Source: Mytilus californianus (taxonomy: Eukaryota). From it: a DNA stretch of 64,000 bases. The notes under the pieces were generated by a model. It was not told the origin of the DNA and did no database searches. It worked only from the letters and a program-made list of their open reading frames with translations. The translations under genes were made by a program, and so were the position numbers. This document shows, piece by piece, positions 62,101-64,000 of the stretch. The stretch is taken from positions 35,402,001 through 35,466,000 of the forward strand of contig NW_026262701.1 of NCBI RefSeq assembly GCF_021869535.1, written 5' to 3'. How positions within the stretch are numbered: the first letter of the stretch is position 1; the number at the start of each line of letters is the position of its first letter.

Positions 62101-63068
62101 AAACTGCCTGATCATCAGCGTCAGTGTTCAGAACAGTCAGTGATGGTGTGCTTAGTGAAACGCCAGAGTATTTACTGGGATTTGTGTTTGATGAGATGGT
62201 TGTAACGACACCGTTCTTGACCTTTTGCCAGTAGACGGAGGTGGCTGGAGGATTACCAGATACAGAACAAACTAACTGTACACTCTGGCCATAGTTGGCA
62301 CTGTAAGAGGGTTGAGGAACATTCACAGAGAGAACACCTGAAAATCAAATATCACAAATATTGATTTACATGTTTTATAATTTTTAGGTTTAGCCAATAC
62401 CTGCAAACATAGCATTTATATTTCCTTCATCATAAATACTAAATGTGCTGCAAAAATATAATTTTCTATGGATTAATGTTCAAGGAACTTAAATCATTTG
62501 ATTCAAGGAAAATTTAAACACCAAGGTAATACTTTTGCTTCTGGATTATAACTTTTGTATGTAGGTTTTGAAGTTTGTTGCTTTGAAAGTAACAAGACAA
62601 AGAAAAATAACGGTATGCATTTTCTGCATTTACAATTTTTGGTTTTAATCAATTATGAATTCAACAAAAAATAAAAGTGCTTTCACATTATTTTATTTTT
62701 GTTCCGTTCTAAATCGTCAAAATAAACATTTTTTTCGATTTTTTTTAAATGAAAAAAGGACTTACTGCCAGTGACATCAACATAAGACTGTGAGCTAGAG
62801 CCAGTTCCAACAGCATTTGTGGCTGTGCAGATGTAATAACCTTCATCACTATCAGCGGTGGATTGAATTGTTAAAGAAGGCCTGTTTCTGGTTCCTCCAA
62901 TGTATTTGTTGCCGTTAGATATATCAAGGTTTTGGGTTACACCATTAAGTACTCTCTTCCACTGTACAGAATTGTGAAGTGGGTCAGACTGAACTTCGCA
63001 TTCCACATTTACTGACTGACCAATTTCTACACTATAGTAGTTAGACAAGATTTGGACAACGGGAATAT
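46896..63068 (-). CDS. Gene C (5'-truncated, 18 exons in window): multi-Ig type I membrane receptor/adhesion protein, hemicentin/nephrin-like, at least 14 Ig domains, TM and Tyr-rich tail
   Basis: All 18 exons join in one open frame with GT-AG boundaries. Each Ig exon has Cys..Trp..DxGxYxC-like motifs and a length divisible by 3. Confidence 0.93.
48460..48510 (-). CDS. Gene C cytoplasmic exon 2 (51 nt; absent from the ORF track)
   Basis: ttttacag|a gag cca...: EPSVVSVREVTPRIGY; at|gtaagt; phase 2-2. Confidence 0.85.
48853..48952 (-). CDS. Gene C cytoplasmic exon 1
   Basis: atatag|ga: CCGRKREKKERYIEREVIRTEMPYRQEAIPVV; aa|gtaaga; phase 1-2. Confidence 0.88.
49305..49430 (-). CDS. Gene C transmembrane exon (126 nt)
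   Basis: attttacag|ct cca aag...: PKIVETTVSAGLTGGEIAAICLAVLFGILLIVIIIVCCVVQ; caag|gtaacc. Confidence 0.92.
49412..50700. repeat. Diverged ~170-bp tandem repeat including the acceptor and first ~20 nt of the gene C TM exon
   Basis: gtctcaa..ggagct.taaaa.aatt.cattt recurs at about 49412, 49581, 49739, 49908 and 50533. Confidence 0.85.
50059..50514. mobile_element. Kolobok-like TIR MITE (456 bp) with perfect TTAA TSD
   Basis: ttaa|GGTGTAATACCACC ... GGTGGTATTACACC|ttaa; inserted in the ~170-bp repeat upstream of the TM exon. Confidence 0.85.
51300..51569 (-). CDS. Gene C Ig exon 14, membrane-proximal (270 nt)
   Basis: APISAVDQASFNPGLNNAVTLRC..WVWKY..DVGKYTC; ttag|at and ccag|gtttgt. Confidence 0.9.
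51721..51923. mobile_element. Same MITE family, copy 2 (gene C intron, opposite orientation to copy 1)
   Basis: aaattcagaaattattgc ... caataatttctgaatttatag; interior matches the reverse complement of copy 1. Confidence 0.8.
52384..52563. repeat. 64-bp tandem repeat, about 2.8 copies
   Basis: aattgtggtgctt starts at 52384, 52448 and 52512. Confidence 0.92.
52583..52834 (-). CDS. Gene C Ig exon 13, short type (252 nt)
   Basis: APSYIRIRPSQVTVEEGNGYTLTC..YEWYY..DGLHTC; cag|ct and aaat|gtaagt. Confidence 0.92.
53129..53455 (-). CDS. Gene C Ig exon 12, long type (327 nt)
   Basis: APVVVISQTTSSFDGQGRQSINIPC..VFWTK..DAGSYRC; cag|at and aatg|gtgagt. Confidence 0.92.
53748..54002 (-). CDS. Gene C Ig exon 11, short type (255 nt)
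   Basis: PPSGITINPAKIVIEEGQTISATC..YTWYK..LGTYTC; cag|ac and caat|gtatgt. Confidence 0.92.
54699..54998 (-). CDS. Gene C Ig exon 10 (300 nt)
   Basis: VPTVTATTVQSARVGSSVIITC..VTWAK..DEGNYIC; cag|at and ggag|gtaatt. Confidence 0.92.
55276..56250 (+). mobile_element. HINE/pearl-like element with internal tandem repeats, copy 2 (gene C intron)
   Basis: Same 5' module (55281-55313), about 5 units of the same repeat, gacgcc microrepeat, 3' hairpin tgtctcgc-ttttt-gac-tctt-gtcaa-ggcgagaca then A5. Confidence 0.8.
56357..56668 (-). CDS. Gene C Ig exon 9 (312 nt)
   Basis: PPTVRISQTTYTVNIGNTVTIDC..VFWTR..DQGTYIC; atag|gt and ggaa|gtatgt. Confidence 0.92.
56979..57284 (-). CDS. Gene C Ig exon 8 (306 nt)
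   Basis: VPSVTLSQTSFSASYGDDTTLGC..VYWQK..DIANYVC; tag|gt and ggca|gtaagt. Confidence 0.92.
57578..57883 (-). CDS. Gene C Ig exon 7 (306 nt)
   Basis: IPVVTASPLAYSVNIGESVTVQC..VYWRK..DQGTYVC; gtag|ac and ggaa|gtaagt. Confidence 0.92.
58757..59062 (-). CDS. Gene C Ig exon 6 (306 nt; absent from the ORF track)
   Basis: Hand translation: IPTVNVPVPNYTVNRGASVTLECQYTANPAATSVTWEK..DQASYICRVTNPIG..LDVVG; ttttaaaag|gt and ggaa|gtaagt. Confidence 0.9.
59269..59568 (-). CDS. Gene C Ig exon 5 (300 nt)
   Basis: IPVVTVLSTSYSVNIGNPITLQC..VMWQR..DEGYYIC; cag|gt and ggaa|gtatgt. Confidence 0.92.
59965..60182. mobile_element. Same MITE family, copy 3 (gene C intron)
   Basis: ta|ctgtaaattcaga ... gcaataatttctgaattttcag|ta. 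Confidence 0.8.
60225..60521 (-). CDS. Gene C Ig exon 4 (297 nt; the ORF track shows the wrong frame)
   Basis: Hand translation: LPSVTVPQPQYSVIVGNDLTIQCNVDANPAHTSVTWRK..DVGYYVCYATNSVG..LNVVG; cag|gt and ggaa|gtatgt. Confidence 0.9.
61193..61495 (-). CDS. Gene C Ig exon 3 (303 nt)
   Basis: VPSVTIGQGYTVNLGSSVTIQC..VTWKK..DEAYYVC; tag|gt and ggaa|gtaagt. Confidence 0.92.
62032..62337 (-). CDS. Gene C Ig exon 2 (306 nt)
   Basis: VLSVNVPQPSYSANYGQSVQLVC..VYWQK..DQAVYTC; cag|gt and ggaa|gtaagt. Confidence 0.92.
62766..63068 (-). CDS. Gene C Ig exon 1 of window (303 nt)
   Basis: IPVVQILSNYYSVEIGQSVNVECEV..VQWKR..DEGYYICTATNAVG; ttag|at and ggca|gtaag. Confidence 0.92.
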
Positions 63069-64000
63069 CTAAAAAAATATTCATTAGAGTAATTAATTAA
63101 TAATTAATAATAAATTAATAATTAAGATCCATTTTGTTACATCTGATGATTCGTTTATTTGGCAATCGCCATGGCAGTCAGCAGGATTTAAGAACATCCG
63201 TTGTTCGACCTGCTAGTCAAATGTGTTTTGTTAAAATATACTTTTTCACTTCTTTGGTCTTTTTGAAAATGTTGTTTGTGCTGTATTTAGACCCCTCTAC
63301 AAAAAATTTGTTTTGCATGCACACATATAAAAATTGCGGTTTTTATCCAACGCAATCATAGGTTTGAACATTGTTTTCAATTTAGACTTGTATATAATAT
63401 ATATATATATATATAACCGTCAAATGAAGTAAAATTGAAGTTACAGTTCATTAATAATACTGTGGATAATAAAAGAATCATCTTAGTACAAATTTTTGTG
63501 GAAACAGGAATTTTAATATTTTAGTTGACCTTTTGATTTTGCGGTTTTCACATATTCTCATTCAATATAAAGATAAGATGATGTGGTATAAATGCCAATG
63601 AGACAACTCTCCACCAGAGACCAAACAAATGACATAGAAGTTAACATAGAAGTCTATAAAAAATTCTATTTTGTTGAACATCTAGTTAACCTAAACCTAT
63701 GAAATATAGTACCACCAACAATAATAATGAATTCACTAAGTATCAAGAACACCTGTGGATATTTTGACATTGGATCAACAAATACTCTTTACATCAAACT
63801 TTTAACTTAGATGAGGGTCTTGATGGGGTTTATAGAATAGAGAATAATGGACAAAAAGTGCAGAATAAAGGTAGAAAAAAATATAGAATAAAGAAAATGG
63901 GCCCCAAAAAAATGAAGAGAATAATGGGGTGTCAAAATATAAAGAATAGAGAATAATGGGCAAAGAATAGAGAATGGGGCAAAAAATAGAGAATGGGCAG

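Noticed and set aside
52571-62205. ORFs 52571..52762, 53837..54055, 54800..55045, 57454..57639, 58490..58777, 60267..60536, 61327..61524 and 62008..62205
   Set aside because: Wrong-frame or antisense overlaps with gene C Ig exons or their flanks.
49305-63068. Calling gene C Dscam or hemicentin
   Set aside because: No fibronectin type III exons before the TM (expected for Dscam), and it has a TM and tail (absent in hemicentin); no gene symbol assigned.
63835-64000. agagaataatggg degenerate repeats at the window end
   Set aside because: Low-complexity and truncated by the window edge; cannot be classified.

Overview
AT-rich eukaryotic genomic DNA. The repeat families and gene types suggest a bivalve mollusc, probably Mytilus-like; that is an inference from recalled repeat motifs, not a search. 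It holds three protein-coding loci. (A) On +, 1..8779: the 3' end of a spliced type I membrane protein with Cys-rich extracellular modules (a GCC2/GCC3, ephrin-receptor-like repeat), a TM helix and a short tail. One exon missing from the ORF track (2118..2304) carries a 1-bp frameshift. (B) On -, 14000..16918: a single-coding-exon 972-aa TRIM protein (RING, two B-boxes, coiled coil, long disordered linker, NHL-like C-terminus). (C) On -, 46896..63068 and continuing past the window: a large Ig-superfamily receptor with 14 one-domain-per-exon, phase 1-1 Ig exons, a TM exon and three tail exons. The intron before the TM exon contains tandem copies of that exon's splice acceptor; one is followed by an immediate in-frame stop, a possible route to a soluble isoform. 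About 29 kb between B and C has no credible CDS and is filled with SINEs, TIR MITEs, Helentron/pearl-like elements, retroelement relics and minisatellites. No rRNA, bona fide tRNA or CRISPR array was found. All exon boundaries were derived by hand from GT/AG signals and frame continuity.
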